DNA from: Geopsychrobacteraceae bacterium
GTDB lineage: Bacteria > Desulfobacterota > Desulfuromonadia > Desulfuromonadales > Geopsychrobacteraceae
Length of the DNA: 64,000 bases
Direction: 5' to 3'
Assembly (NCBI GenBank): GCA_963676795.2
Contig: CAXXTB010000001.1
Coordinates: forward strand, 384,001 to 448,000
In this document: piece by piece, positions 19,170 through 30,039 of the stretch
Layout: the number at the start of each line of letters is the position of its first letter
Numbering within the stretch: position 1 is the first letter of the stretch
Notes under the pieces: model-generated
Seen by the model: only the letters and a program-made list of their open reading frames with translations
What the model was told of the DNA's origin: nothing
Databases searched by the model: none
Program-made: the position numbers and the translations under genes

Positions 19170-19336
19170 CCGACTCCTTTGTACGGTTTTTTACAGTTAT
19201 AAGCCGAACGCATGGGATAATGCGAATATTTTGTTATTAAATTTTCAGTAAATGGAAGAGTCGGGCAATCTCGGTTTGTTATCTAAAGGGGTGTTTGTGG
19301 TTCGCAATAGGGGCTGGCATAGAACAGCAGAGACTG

Positions 19337-19750
19337 TCAGCTGATAAATTTCCCTCCCCGTGATTCCAGGTAGCTGCCGTATTTTTTATCGACTTCGACG
19401 ATATGGTTGAGAACCCAGCTGCGCAGAAAGGTCAGCAGGTTGGTTGCCATCTTCACCTTATCGACCGGCTCTGCCTTGATCTTCTCAAGTGAGGCTATCA
19501 GTTCCTGGTGCAGTTTTTTATGTTTGGGCAGGCCGAGAAAATTATACTCCTCCATCAGTTTCTCTTCATGTTGAAAATGATGGATCGTGTAATCTTCGAG
19601 CATGGCGAGCACTTCATCCAGGACTTCATCGCTGCGCTTGTCGCGAATAGCTTCGAAGAGCTGGTTGACCGCTTCAATCAGACGGCGATGCTCATTGTCG
19701 AGAGCGACGATCCCGGTTTCATAGACAGGTTTCCAGCTGATGGTAGCCAT
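19337..19750 (-). CDS. Bacteriohemerythrin (single domain)
   Basis: Di-iron ligand pattern EH..L / HFQHEE / HKKLH / HIVEVD. Confidence 0.92.
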   Translation of the reverse strand: MATISWKPVYETGIVALDNEHRRLIEAVNQLFEAIRDKRSDEVLDEVLAMLEDYTIHHFQHEEKLMEEYNFLGLPKHKKLHQELIASLEKIKAEPVDKVKMATNLLTFLRSWVLNHIVEVDKKYGSYLESRGGKFIS

Positions 19751-19764
19751 CTTTCAATCTCCCG

Positions 19765-20886
19765 TCAGGATTTTTGGCTTGCGGCAGAGGTTGAACGAAC
19801 GCAGTTTTTGCCATTTTCCTTGGCCAGGTAAACACCGCGGTCAGCATGTTTGATCAATTCCTCGGGCTGGACCATGTCAGCTGTCCTTTCAGCGACACCC
19901 AGGCTCAAACTGTAGTTCCACTGCTCAGCCGGAATCGGAACTTTTTGTGATGACATCTTATGATGAATCTGTTCAGCCAGATGCATGGCGCCCCTGATGT
20001 CGGTTCTCGGGCAGACGATCAGGAATTCATCCCCGCCGAGCCGGGAGAGCAGGTCATCGGTTCTGACCAGATGCTGAAGCTGTCTGGCCAGTTCGGCCAG
20101 AACCGCGTCGCCGATATCATGGCCATAGGTATCGTTGATCTCCTTGAATCTGTCGATGTCGATCATAATACAGGCCAGGGCATCGTTGCTATTCGATCCC
20201 TCCTGCCAGCAGTGTTTGAGCATGTCAAGGGCTTGGCGCCGGTTGGCCAGTCCGGTCAGAACATCGGTCATCGCCAGTTTTTCCAGCCGACGGTTGGCCT
20301 CGCCAAGGGCCCTGGTCCGCACTGTAACCTTATCCTCGAGGTTCTGGTTCAGTTCCTGGAGCTCCCGGTTTCTCTGAGAGACCTGTTTGAACAGGTGATT
20401 CAATGAACGCAGCAGCAGTTCTTTGGCGTTGTCCGGTTCCTTCTCGTTGGCGGCAAAGGCGGCGGCGGGGCTGATCCCTGAGGCGATCATGGCGGCCTGG
20501 CGACTCATGCTCAGGTCGGAACCGAGGATATGATAGATCAGCCAGTGCATCAGAAATTCAAAAAGATCTTTGCCCCTGTCTTCGCGGAGCACTTTGTCCT
20601 GGTTGAGCCTTACAACTTCATCGATAAAGCTCTTGTGTTCGCTATTATGATATTCGCAGTGACGGTTATCGACTCCCGCCCCCTTCATGACCTGTTCTTC
20701 GTCATGAAAGTGGTAACGGGTATAATCGAGCAGTTCGGTGAAAACCGTTTCAAGTTTTTCCTGATCCGGATCCTGTTGAGAGATCAACAGACCGAATTTA
20801 TTGGTGAGTTCGACAAGAAATCTATGCTGCTCATCGACATCAGCAATGCCGGTTTCGAAATTCTTTCCCCAGATGACGAGGTTCAT
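19765..20886 (-). CDS. Hemerythrin-GGDEF diguanylate cyclase
   Basis: N-terminal hemerythrin (QH, HFHDEE, HNSEH, HILGSD); coiled coil; D.LTGLANRR, DIDRFKEINDTYGH, RTDD I-site, GGDEF. Confidence 0.92.
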   Translation of the reverse strand: MNLVIWGKNFETGIADVDEQHRFLVELTNKFGLLISQQDPDQEKLETVFTELLDYTRYHFHDEEQVMKGAGVDNRHCEYHNSEHKSFIDEVVRLNQDKVLREDRGKDLFEFLMHWLIYHILGSDLSMSRQAAMIASGISPAAAFAANEKEPDNAKELLLRSLNHLFKQVSQRNRELQELNQNLEDKVTVRTRALGEANRRLEKLAMTDVLTGLANRRQALDMLKHCWQEGSNSNDALACIMIDIDRFKEINDTYGHDIGDAVLAELARQLQHLVRTDDLLSRLGGDEFLIVCPRTDIRGAMHLAEQIHHKMSSQKVPIPAEQWNYSLSLGVAERTADMVQPEELIKHADRGVYLAKENGKNCVRSTSAASQKS

Positions 20887-21017
20887 AGACTTGTCCTGGC
20901 AGATCATTGGCAACTTGTTCAGAATAGATATGCATCATTATACTCGAGAAGATCGCTATTTCAAATTGCTGGCCGGGTCGAACATTGTCAATGCAGTTTT
21001 GCTGAAAGGAACAGAAA

Positions 21018-21494
21018 ATGATCATGTTGCGTGGTTTGCTGGTTTTCGGGCTGCTGATGGTGCTGACCGCCTGTGCCTCCTTTCTGCCGGTCTTTGAAGA
21101 GCCCGGGGTCAGTCTGACCGGGGTCAGGGTTTTGCCCGGCAACGGCATTGTGCCGAATTTCGAATTCGATCTGCATATCACCAATCCGAACGGGATAGCA
21201 CTGAACCTGAAAGGTCTGTCTTATAGGGTTGAACTGGAAGGAGAACCGATTCTGAGCGGGGTCTCCCGGGCGTTGCCGCAGATCGAAGCCTACGGGGAAG
21301 GGGACATCACCCTGAGCGCCAGCCCCGATCTGATCAGCACCATGAACCTGTTCAGTAAACTGTTCAGACAATCGCGCCAGCAGGTCGGGTTCAGACTGGA
21401 GGCGGTGCTCGATGTCGGCGGGATCATGCCGAAGATCCGTATCGAGAAGAGCGGAACTATCAATCTGAGATCAGAAATTACAAATTTGAAATAA
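21018..21494 (+). CDS. LEA type 2 / WHy-domain lipoprotein
   Basis: Lipobox LTAC; ITNPNGIAL.LKGLSY.VEL.G motif. Confidence 0.82.
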   Translation: MIMLRGLLVFGLLMVLTACASFLPVFEEPGVSLTGVRVLPGNGIVPNFEFDLHITNPNGIALNLKGLSYRVELEGEPILSGVSRALPQIEAYGEGDITLSASPDLISTMNLFSKLFRQSRQQVGFRLEAVLDVGGIMPKIRIEKSGTINLRSEITNLK

Positions 21495-21532
21495 CACAAG
21501 AGCCCGTCGCGCGAGCGACGGGCTCTTGTGTT
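21493..21532. terminator. Bidirectional terminator hairpin
   Basis: 18-bp perfect stem AACACAAGAGCCCGTCGC-GCGA-GCGACGGGCTCTTGTGTT between convergent genes. Confidence 0.75.
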
Positions 21533-22683
21533 CAAGGAGCCATGGTGAACTTGCCGTCCTTGACCTGAACCATGACCATCGAATCGGTGGTCAGGCCGTT
21601 GTGGTCTTCGGCGGTCAGGTTATAGGTACCGGAGATACCGACATAGTTCTTGGTGTTCTCGATCGCGGCACGCAGGGCTTCAGGCTCGGTGCCGACCTGC
21701 TTGATAGCGTTGGAGATCAGCATGATCGCATCCCAGGCATAGCCTGAGTGGGTGTTGATCGGGAACTGTTTGTCGTAGCCCTTTTCCTTGTAGAGCTTGA
21801 TGAATTCCTGGATGACCGGTTTCTGCGGATCGTTGTCGGACAGTTCATCGGCAACCATCAGCTTGGTGGCCGGCATGCGGTCCCCTTCGCTGGAGGTTCC
21901 GGCCAGCTCGATATATTTCGGATCGGGCAGGCCGTGGCACTGGAAGAGCGGGATATCGATACCGAGCTGGACCTTGTTTTTGGCGATGATCGAGCCGGCC
22001 GGGCCGGTCGTCCAGGCCAGGATCGCCTGCGGGTTGCTGTTCTTGACCTTGGTCAGCTGCGAGGTCATATCGGTGTCGCGGTTCCCGAAGGATTCCTCGG
22101 CGATCAGTTCGATACCGTATTGCGGGGCCAGCTCCTTCATCCAGCGCGCGCCGTCCTTGCCGAAGCCATCGGTCCCGGCCATCAGTGCGACCTTGGTCAG
22201 TCCCTTTTCCTGCAGATAGATGAACATCCGCTCGACGGCGGTCTGGGAGCGTTGCGGGGATTTGAAGATCCATTTGAATGAGCCGAATTTGCCGCCCATT
22301 ATGACCGGGTCGCCGCCGACGGTCATGACGATCGGGATCTCGGCCTTGTCGGCGATCCCCTTGACGTTCATGCCGGTGTCGGTGAGGGTCGGGCCGATGA
22401 TGGCGACAACCTTGTCCTTGTAGATGAATTTCTTGGCGATGGAAGCAGCCTTGGCCGGGTTCCCCTCGGTGTCGCCGATTTCAAGTTCCAGCATCTTGCC
22501 GTTGATGCCACCTTCGGCGTTGATCTTGTCTACGACCATCTCAGCAACCAGCTTGGTCGGGGTGCCGATGAACGAGGCCCGACCGGACAGGTCGAAGAAG
22601 GCCCCGATCTTGATCGTATCGGCGGCCATGGCTGCCGAGGACAGCAAAGTCAGAACGGAAACGAGTGCAACGATGAATCTCAT
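21532..22683 (-). CDS. livK: HAAT/Liv-family ABC transporter substrate-binding protein
   Basis: Signal peptide; IKIGAFFDLSG, INAEGGING, AIIGP, DTDMTSQL, YVGISG.YN...DHNGL; GGAGAGG RBS. Confidence 0.85.
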   Translation of the reverse strand: MRFIVALVSVLTLLSSAAMAADTIKIGAFFDLSGRASFIGTPTKLVAEMVVDKINAEGGINGKMLELEIGDTEGNPAKAASIAKKFIYKDKVVAIIGPTLTDTGMNVKGIADKAEIPIVMTVGGDPVIMGGKFGSFKWIFKSPQRSQTAVERMFIYLQEKGLTKVALMAGTDGFGKDGARWMKELAPQYGIELIAEESFGNRDTDMTSQLTKVKNSNPQAILAWTTGPAGSIIAKNKVQLGIDIPLFQCHGLPDPKYIELAGTSSEGDRMPATKLMVADELSDNDPQKPVIQEFIKLYKEKGYDKQFPINTHSGYAWDAIMLISNAIKQVGTEPEALRAAIENTKNYVGISGTYNLTAEDHNGLTTDSMVMVQVKDGKFTMAP

Positions 22684-22899
22684 GAAACCTCTCCTTTCAA
22701 AGCAAAAAAATCAGTAGAAACAGAATTGGAAAATTTCTAAGCCTGCTGAATATGAAGCGAAACCGGCAAAAAATCAAATCCTATCCGTTTATACGGAAAG
22801 CAACGCATAAAATCAGGAGGAGACTTCCGCTTTGACAAGACGATCAGGTCCGAATCGTTTATACTCAACCAACCCTAACCTGCAATGACGGAGACTGCC

Positions 22900-23154
22900 A
22901 TGCACAGAGATGAGAAGATCAAAGTCGAAACCGAATCCGGCCAGTTGATAGAAGTGACAGTGACCAGCTTTCATCCCGACGCCATCTGGATTCTGGTTGG
23001 AGAGGGGCCTCACAGCAGCAAATGCAAACTGCTGCCGACCGGCAACGGTCTGGCCTACGCCGGTAGTATCATGGGGCGCGAGCTGATCTATCCAAAGACT
23101 GTCAAACAGGTCAGGGAATTGTGCTCGGCTGCAAGTCAGGGGCACAGGCGTTGA
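22900..23154 (+). CDS. Small hypothetical protein
   Basis: GGAG before ATG; protein-like composition (GEGPHSSKCKL.PT.NGLAYAGSIMGRE). Confidence 0.6.
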   Translation: MHRDEKIKVETESGQLIEVTVTSFHPDAIWILVGEGPHSSKCKLLPTGNGLAYAGSIMGRELIYPKTVKQVRELCSAASQGHRR

Positions 23155-23316
23155 GCCGTCCAGATAGGGACCCAAAGACAATGATCCTAACTTGTCCGAG
23201 TGGCAGACCGGTACAAGATTGATGACCATGAAAACCTCCTTTCCTCTGCGACAGGCGTGCGGTTTTTTTCCTGAGCGCTACAATTTAAGAGAGCCTTATT
23301 GAGAAAGGGAGCCGCT

Positions 23317-24150
23317 ATGAAGAATCTTCTCTTGGCAATCGATTTCTCGTCTGAAGCTGACCGTGCCCTGACCCGAGCGATCAATCTGGCTGCGGCTCAG
23401 TTTGCTGTTCTTCATGTTGTCTATGTCTCCCCCCCGGGCGAAGGCATGGCCGAGGGTGAGCTGCGGCTCAGCCGTTATCTGGCGGGTCATACTGAACACA
23501 GGAGCATAGCTCACGAAGCCAAGGTTGTTGCACACAATGATATCAGCGAAGCGATCCTCACCCGGGCCGAGGAGGTTGCTGCCGGGCTGATTATCATGGG
23601 CATGCATCGCAAGACAACATTGCGTGACCTCTTTACCGGGACCAATATTGACAGGGTCATACGCAGGGGCAGCCGGCCGGTCCTGATGGTCAGGCATGCC
23701 TGCTCAAATGCTTATCAGCAGGTTCTGGTCGGCAGCGATTTTTCTCCCTCAGCCGATGCTGCGCTGGAACTGGCCCTTGAGCTGGCCGAGACGGGGAATA
23801 TTCACCTGATGCACGCCTTCAATATTCCCGATACCTACATCGGTGACAAGATCGAGCAGTATGCCGGAGATGTTATCGCGGTCAACGAAAAGCGTAAAAT
23901 GGAGAGCTTTCTCGAAGAGAAGCGCGAGATGATCATCGCCAGCCACAGGGAGCTGGCCGGTGTGCATGTCCGGGTCGAACAGGGGGCCGCCTACGAATCC
24001 CTGCTGGCCGAGGCGGATGCTATTTCCGCCGACCTGATCGCCATCGGCGCTCACAGCGGGGCGAATTTTTCTCCGTTCAAGATTGGCGGGACAACTCATG
24101 ATATTCTGGTCAATCCGCCCTGCGATGTGCTGATCGGCATCCCGTGCTAA
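23317..24150 (+). CDS. Tandem-domain universal stress protein
   Basis: LLAIDFS...LIIMGMH...FTGTNIDRVIR...PVLMV and VLVGSDFS...DLIAIGAH...GGTT..IL..PPCDVL. Confidence 0.9.
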   Translation: MKNLLLAIDFSSEADRALTRAINLAAAQFAVLHVVYVSPPGEGMAEGELRLSRYLAGHTEHRSIAHEAKVVAHNDISEAILTRAEEVAAGLIIMGMHRKTTLRDLFTGTNIDRVIRRGSRPVLMVRHACSNAYQQVLVGSDFSPSADAALELALELAETGNIHLMHAFNIPDTYIGDKIEQYAGDVIAVNEKRKMESFLEEKREMIIASHRELAGVHVRVEQGAAYESLLAEADAISADLIAIGAHSGANFSPFKIGGTTHDILVNPPCDVLIGIPC

Positions 24151-24222
24151 TATTATCAATCGCGGAGTAACGGGACACACATTGGGTTGCGCATCAGGCA
24201 GGAACATCTTAAGATCGTCTAT

Positions 24223-24245
24223 ACCCTCTCCTTCAGGGAGAGGGT
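24223..24245. repeat. Partial BoxC-like hairpin (family D)
   Basis: ACCCTCTCC-TTCAG-GGAGAGGGT, same stem as copies at 29236 and 31105. Confidence 0.55.
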
Positions 24246-24288
24246 TTAATTTTGTTGATCCTGTCATGACGAGAGCAGAGATTTAAAC

Positions 24289-25008
24289 ATGAAGCCAATC
24301 TATATCATCAAGACCGGAACCACCTTTCCGGCCATCGTCCAGGAATACGGCGATTTTGACCAGTGGACGCTCAAGGCCCTGGGGCCGACCAGATTGCCGC
24401 TCGAAGTGACCGACGTCAAGAGGATGCCGGAACAACTGCCCGCAGCCGCTACTTGCGCCGGGGTTGTCATCACCGGTTCGCATGCCATGGTTACCGATAA
24501 TCTTGACTGGAGCCTTCGTTTGGAAGCCTGGCTGCGTACCTTGGTTGAGGCGCAGGTCCCGATTTTCGGCATCTGCTACGGTCATCAGCTGCTGGCCCGC
24601 GCCTGCGGAGGCGTCGTCGCTTACCACCCGCTGGGCAAGGAGATCGGCACGGTCGATGTCGAACGTCTGGCGGAGAGTGATAACGACCCGATTTTCAGCG
24701 ATCTGCCGTCAGTCTTCAGCGCGCATACGACCCATTCCCAGTCGGTGCTCGAGCTGCCGCCGGGCGCGGTGCTGCTGGCAAGCAATAGCTACGAAGCGCA
24801 TCATGCCTTTCGCCTTGGTTCCTGCGCCTGGGGGGTGCAGTTCCATCCCGAATATCACTGCGACCACATGCGCCTCTATGTGCAGGAGCAGGCTGAAGAC
24901 CTGTGCGGCAACGGCATGGATATTCGGGCGATCCTGGATTCGATTTGCGAAACGCCCGCTGCGGTACAGCTGATCCGGAATTTTACCCGTTATGTCGAAA
25001 GCCGCTGA
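24289..25008 (+). CDS. Class I glutamine amidotransferase (YfeJ/GuaA-like)
   Basis: ITGS; FGICYGHQL (catalytic Cys); WGVQFHPE. Confidence 0.9.
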   Translation: MKPIYIIKTGTTFPAIVQEYGDFDQWTLKALGPTRLPLEVTDVKRMPEQLPAAATCAGVVITGSHAMVTDNLDWSLRLEAWLRTLVEAQVPIFGICYGHQLLARACGGVVAYHPLGKEIGTVDVERLAESDNDPIFSDLPSVFSAHTTHSQSVLELPPGAVLLASNSYEAHHAFRLGSCAWGVQFHPEYHCDHMRLYVQEQAEDLCGNGMDIRAILDSICETPAAVQLIRNFTRYVESR

Positions 25009-25303
25009 GGTGATGCTGGGGCTGGTTCAATCGGACCAGTACACGCCTCAGGAACTGGAGATCATGAAGGAGCGGGCCTCGGCTCTCGGGCGGGTCGGTG
25101 ACCAGCTTGCAGCCGCGCTCAAAGCCTATGCCCAGGCTGAAACTGCGCAGGACAAAGACGAGCGTTGCGGGGAGGCGGCCTATCGGCTCTGGGCGCTGAT
25201 GGTTCAGCGTGAAGCACTGGGGCTGGCACTTGATAAACTCAGCTGGATTCGCAGCACTTACGCTGTTCCAGATGAGGTCTGGCAGAGTTATCTGCATATC
25301 TGA
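24992..25303 (+). CDS. Small helical hypothetical protein (DUF6665-like)
   Basis: ERASALGR.G..L..AL; AAYRLWALMVQREALGL...Y.VP.EV; overlaps the upstream stop. Confidence 0.6.
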   Translation: MSKAAEVMLGLVQSDQYTPQELEIMKERASALGRVGDQLAAALKAYAQAETAQDKDERCGEAAYRLWALMVQREALGLALDKLSWIRSTYAVPDEVWQSYLHI

Positions 25304-25397
25304 TGATTAGCGATCCGCTTTTATTATCAGAATTTTTTCCTATACTCAGACATGTTCTACGGAATTACAGAGTGGATAAATTTATTCTATTTGATAT

Positions 25398-25426
25398 TTG
25401 ACCCCTGTTCTTCAGGGGTATATAAA
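25398..25426 (+). promoter_or_regulatory. Sigma70-type promoter with palindromic spacer
   Basis: TTGACC-17 nt-TATAAA; inverted repeat ACCCCTG-TTCTT-CAGGGGT at 25401-25419. Confidence 0.6.
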
Positions 25427-25550
25427 AAGTTTCAGAGCAGATTCAAAGCACTGGTGCTTTTTGAAAATCAATTGATGCCGGGCAGCCCTTGAATAAAGGA
25501 GCCCGGCATTGCTTATTTAGACATAACAGCAAAAAACAAGAGGCCCGATT

Positions 25551-26447
25551 ATGACAAACCGACTTTCGCCACAGCTCAAAGCCTATCTGGCATTACTGGT
25601 TCTGGTCCTGATCTGGGGTTACAACTGGGTGGTCATGAAGACTGCGGTCATGTACGCCGGGCCAATCGATTTTGCCGCCCTGCGCCTGGTTTTGAGCGGG
25701 ATCTGTTTTTTTCTGCTGCTGCTCTGGTTCAAAAAGCCACTCAGACCGGCAGAAATCCGCAGCACCTTTTTCTCCGGGATATTTCAGCTCTCAGGCTTCT
25801 ACGGTCTTTCGGCCTGGGCCATGGTCAACGGCGGTGCCGGCAAGACGGCCGTGCTGGTCTACGGTATGCCCTTCTGGGTGATCCTGATGGCCTGGCCGGT
25901 GCTCGGCGAGAGGCTGAAGCGGTTTCAGTGGCTGAGTGTCGTTCTGGCGCTGGCCGGTCTGCTCTTTATTCTGGTGCCGCTGAATATGAGCGAAGGCCTG
26001 TTCAGTAAAGCGCTGGCGCTGTTCTCCGGGGTCAGCTGGGCGGTTGGTGTTATTGTTTCGAAGCGCTTTCAGAAAAAGGTCAAGGTTGACCTGCTCTCCT
26101 ATACCACCTGGCAGACCATCTTTGCCAGTATTCCGATTGTCATCATTGCCTTGCTCGCTCCGGGTGCTCCGATCCACTGGTCATGGACCTTTGTTGCCGC
26201 GCTGTTTTATTGCATCGTGCCGGGCAGCGTGCTGGCCTGGCTGATCTGGTTTTACTCGCTCAATCGTCTGACCGCGGGTTCGGTTGGCCTGGCGGCGCTT
26301 GGTGCCCCGATCATCGGTGTTCTGTCGGCCTGGCTCCAGATGGGGGAGCAGCCGGACGGGCTGGAGGCGATAGGGATCGTGCTGGTTATTATTGCCCTGG
26401 CGATCAATACCTTCGCAGCGTTGAAGGGCAGTGGTGGTAAAAACTGA
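25551..26447 (+). CDS. EamA/DMT family transporter
   Basis: IWGYNWVVMK; AVLVYGMPFWV.LMAWPVLGERL; ~10 TM in two repeats. Confidence 0.9.
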   Translation: MTNRLSPQLKAYLALLVLVLIWGYNWVVMKTAVMYAGPIDFAALRLVLSGICFFLLLLWFKKPLRPAEIRSTFFSGIFQLSGFYGLSAWAMVNGGAGKTAVLVYGMPFWVILMAWPVLGERLKRFQWLSVVLALAGLLFILVPLNMSEGLFSKALALFSGVSWAVGVIVSKRFQKKVKVDLLSYTTWQTIFASIPIVIIALLAPGAPIHWSWTFVAALFYCIVPGSVLAWLIWFYSLNRLTAGSVGLAALGAPIIGVLSAWLQMGEQPDGLEAIGIVLVIIALAINTFAALKGSGGKN

Positions 26448-26503
26448 ACTTTTTCTGAGGTAAAACAGAAATCCGGAAGTTGGAAGGCAGTTTTGGAGTG
26501 AGA

Positions 26504-26740
26504 ATGAAATCGACAAAAATCCTGTTTATCTTTGGCGTCTGGTTGTGCGTCTATCCGCTGGTGACCATCATCCTGTTCTGTTACGGCCAGCTTGGCCTGA
26601 ATCTGCCCTTACCGGTTAAGACTCTGATCCTGACCCTGATCCTCGTGCCAATGATGGTTCTCTGGATTGTCCCTTTTGTCAGAAGCAGGACAGAAAGGAT
26701 GCGTCAGGTTCCTGTGGCGGAGAACCTGACGGAAAGTTAG
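26504..26740 (+). CDS. Small two-TM membrane protein
   Basis: VWLCVYPLVT...LPLPVKTLILTLILVPMMV.WIVP; GGAG before ATG 26504. Confidence 0.65.
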   Translation: MKSTKILFIFGVWLCVYPLVTIILFCYGQLGLNLPLPVKTLILTLILVPMMVLWIVPFVRSRTERMRQVPVAENLTES

Positions 26741-26765
26741 CATCGGTCAGTATTCCCCTTTAATA

Positions 26766-28850
<2,085 letters not shown>

Positions 28851-28923
28851 AGTTTCGCCTGTTCTCTTTGGTTTCAAGGTCCCGTTCGATGCAGCCGGGA
28901 TTCGTCGAGTGAAATCAAACTAC

Positions 28924-29144
28924 AAAACCGGCGGGTTCCGGCCCGCCAGCCGGGTTCATTTTCTTTGTGTCGACAAAGAAAACGGAACCAAAAGAAAGCG
29001 ACCCCGCTCCTTGCCCGCCTGCGGCGGGGTCCCTCCATTACGCAGTTGATTGCAGCGCAGAAAAAAACTCGCCTACGGCTCAAACAGTTTTTCTGCCTAT
29101 TGCTGCAATCGACAGCTCCATTCCGGCTGCGTCACAGGGGGAAC
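28924..29144. repeat. Structured ~215-bp intergenic repeat, family A copy 1
   Basis: Colinear with 31183-31393 from AAAACCGGCGGG to GGCTGCGTCACAGGGG; multiple hairpins. Confidence 0.85.
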
Positions 29145-29166
29145 CTAAGATCCTGAAAAACTTTAG

Positions 29167-29223
29167 CCCCTGCTCGCTGGGCTCGCTTCCCCCCTATTTT
29201 ATAGGGGGGATTGAGGGGGGGGG
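29167..29223. repeat. ~55-bp repeat, family B copy 1
   Basis: CCCCTGCTCGC..GCTCGCTTCCCCCCTATTTTATAGGGGGGATTGAGGGGGG; near-identical to 35871-35923; diverged reverse copy at 42155-42210. Confidence 0.85.
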
Positions 29224-29235
29224 TTCGGAGATTTT

Positions 29236-29268
29236 CCCTCACCCTGACCCTCTCCCCGAGGAGAGGGG
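29236..29268. repeat. BoxC/PIT-like repeat, family D
   Basis: CCCTCACCCTGACCCTCTCCCCGAGGAGAGGGG. Confidence 0.75.
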
Positions 29269-29274
29269 AAAATC

Positions 29275-30039
29275 CTAAGCCGTTGCATCCATCTTGCCCA
29301 GGTAGGCTTCGAGCACCAGCGGATTGCGCCGGACTTCGTCGGGGGTGCCGCTGGCGATGCATTTGCCGCTGTCGAGGACGACAACCTGATCGGCGATGGT
29401 CATGACCAGGTCCATATCATGTTCGACCAGCAGCATGGTCAGTCCTTCGCTGCGCAGGCGTTTCAGCTGTTCGCCGACCGCTGCGGTTTCGTCGGCGTTA
29501 AGGCCTGCGACCGGTTCGTCGAGGAGCAACAGGTGCGGGTTGCCGACGGTGGCGCGGGCCAGTTCGACGCGCTTCTTATCGCCGTAGGGGAGGGCGGTGG
29601 CCGGCCATTTCGCTTTGCCGCTCAGGGAAAAGCGGTCGAGGGCCTCGAGGGCGCGTAGTTTCAGCTGTCGTTCCCGGGTACGCAGGTAGGGCAGGCGCAG
29701 CATCGCCATCAGCATTGAGCTGCCCCCTTCGCAGCTCAAGCCGGTCAGTACGTTGTCAAGTACGGTCAGGCGCGGGAAGGTCTTCAGGTTCTGAAAGGTC
29801 CGGGCAATGCCGCTGCGTCTGATCAGATGTGGTGGCATTGCGGCGATATTTTCACCGCGGAAGAGGATCTCTCCCTCCGATGGCGGAATGACGCCGGTGA
29901 TGCAGTTGATCAGGGTGCTTTTGCCGGCACCGTTGGGTCCGATCAGGGCGGTCAACTTTCCTTCTGGCACTTCAACGCTGACGTTACTCAAGGCCGGCAG
30001 GCCGCCGAAATTCTTGCTGACATTATTCAGACGCAGCAT
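29275..30039 (-). CDS. livG: Liv-type ABC transporter ATP-binding protein LivG
   Basis: [51 protein letters not shown]. Confidence 0.92.
   Translation of the reverse strand: MLRLNNVSKNFGGLPALSNVSVEVPEGKLTALIGPNGAGKSTLINCITGVIPPSEGEILFRGENIAAMPPHLIRRSGIARTFQNLKTFPRLTVLDNVLTGLSCEGGSSMLMAMLRLPYLRTRERQLKLRALEALDRFSLSGKAKWPATALPYGDKKRVELARATVGNPHLLLLDEPVAGLNADETAAVGEQLKRLRSEGLTMLLVEHDMDLVMTIADQVVVLDSGKCIASGTPDEVRRNPLVLEAYLGKMDATA

Noticed and set aside
28874..29405. Short ORFs here and at 31036-31469, 35850-36032, 42179-42418 and 48568-48777 sharing peptides such as QLIAAQKKTRL and PPYFIG
   Set aside because: Translations of non-coding repeats; frames and starts are not conserved between copies
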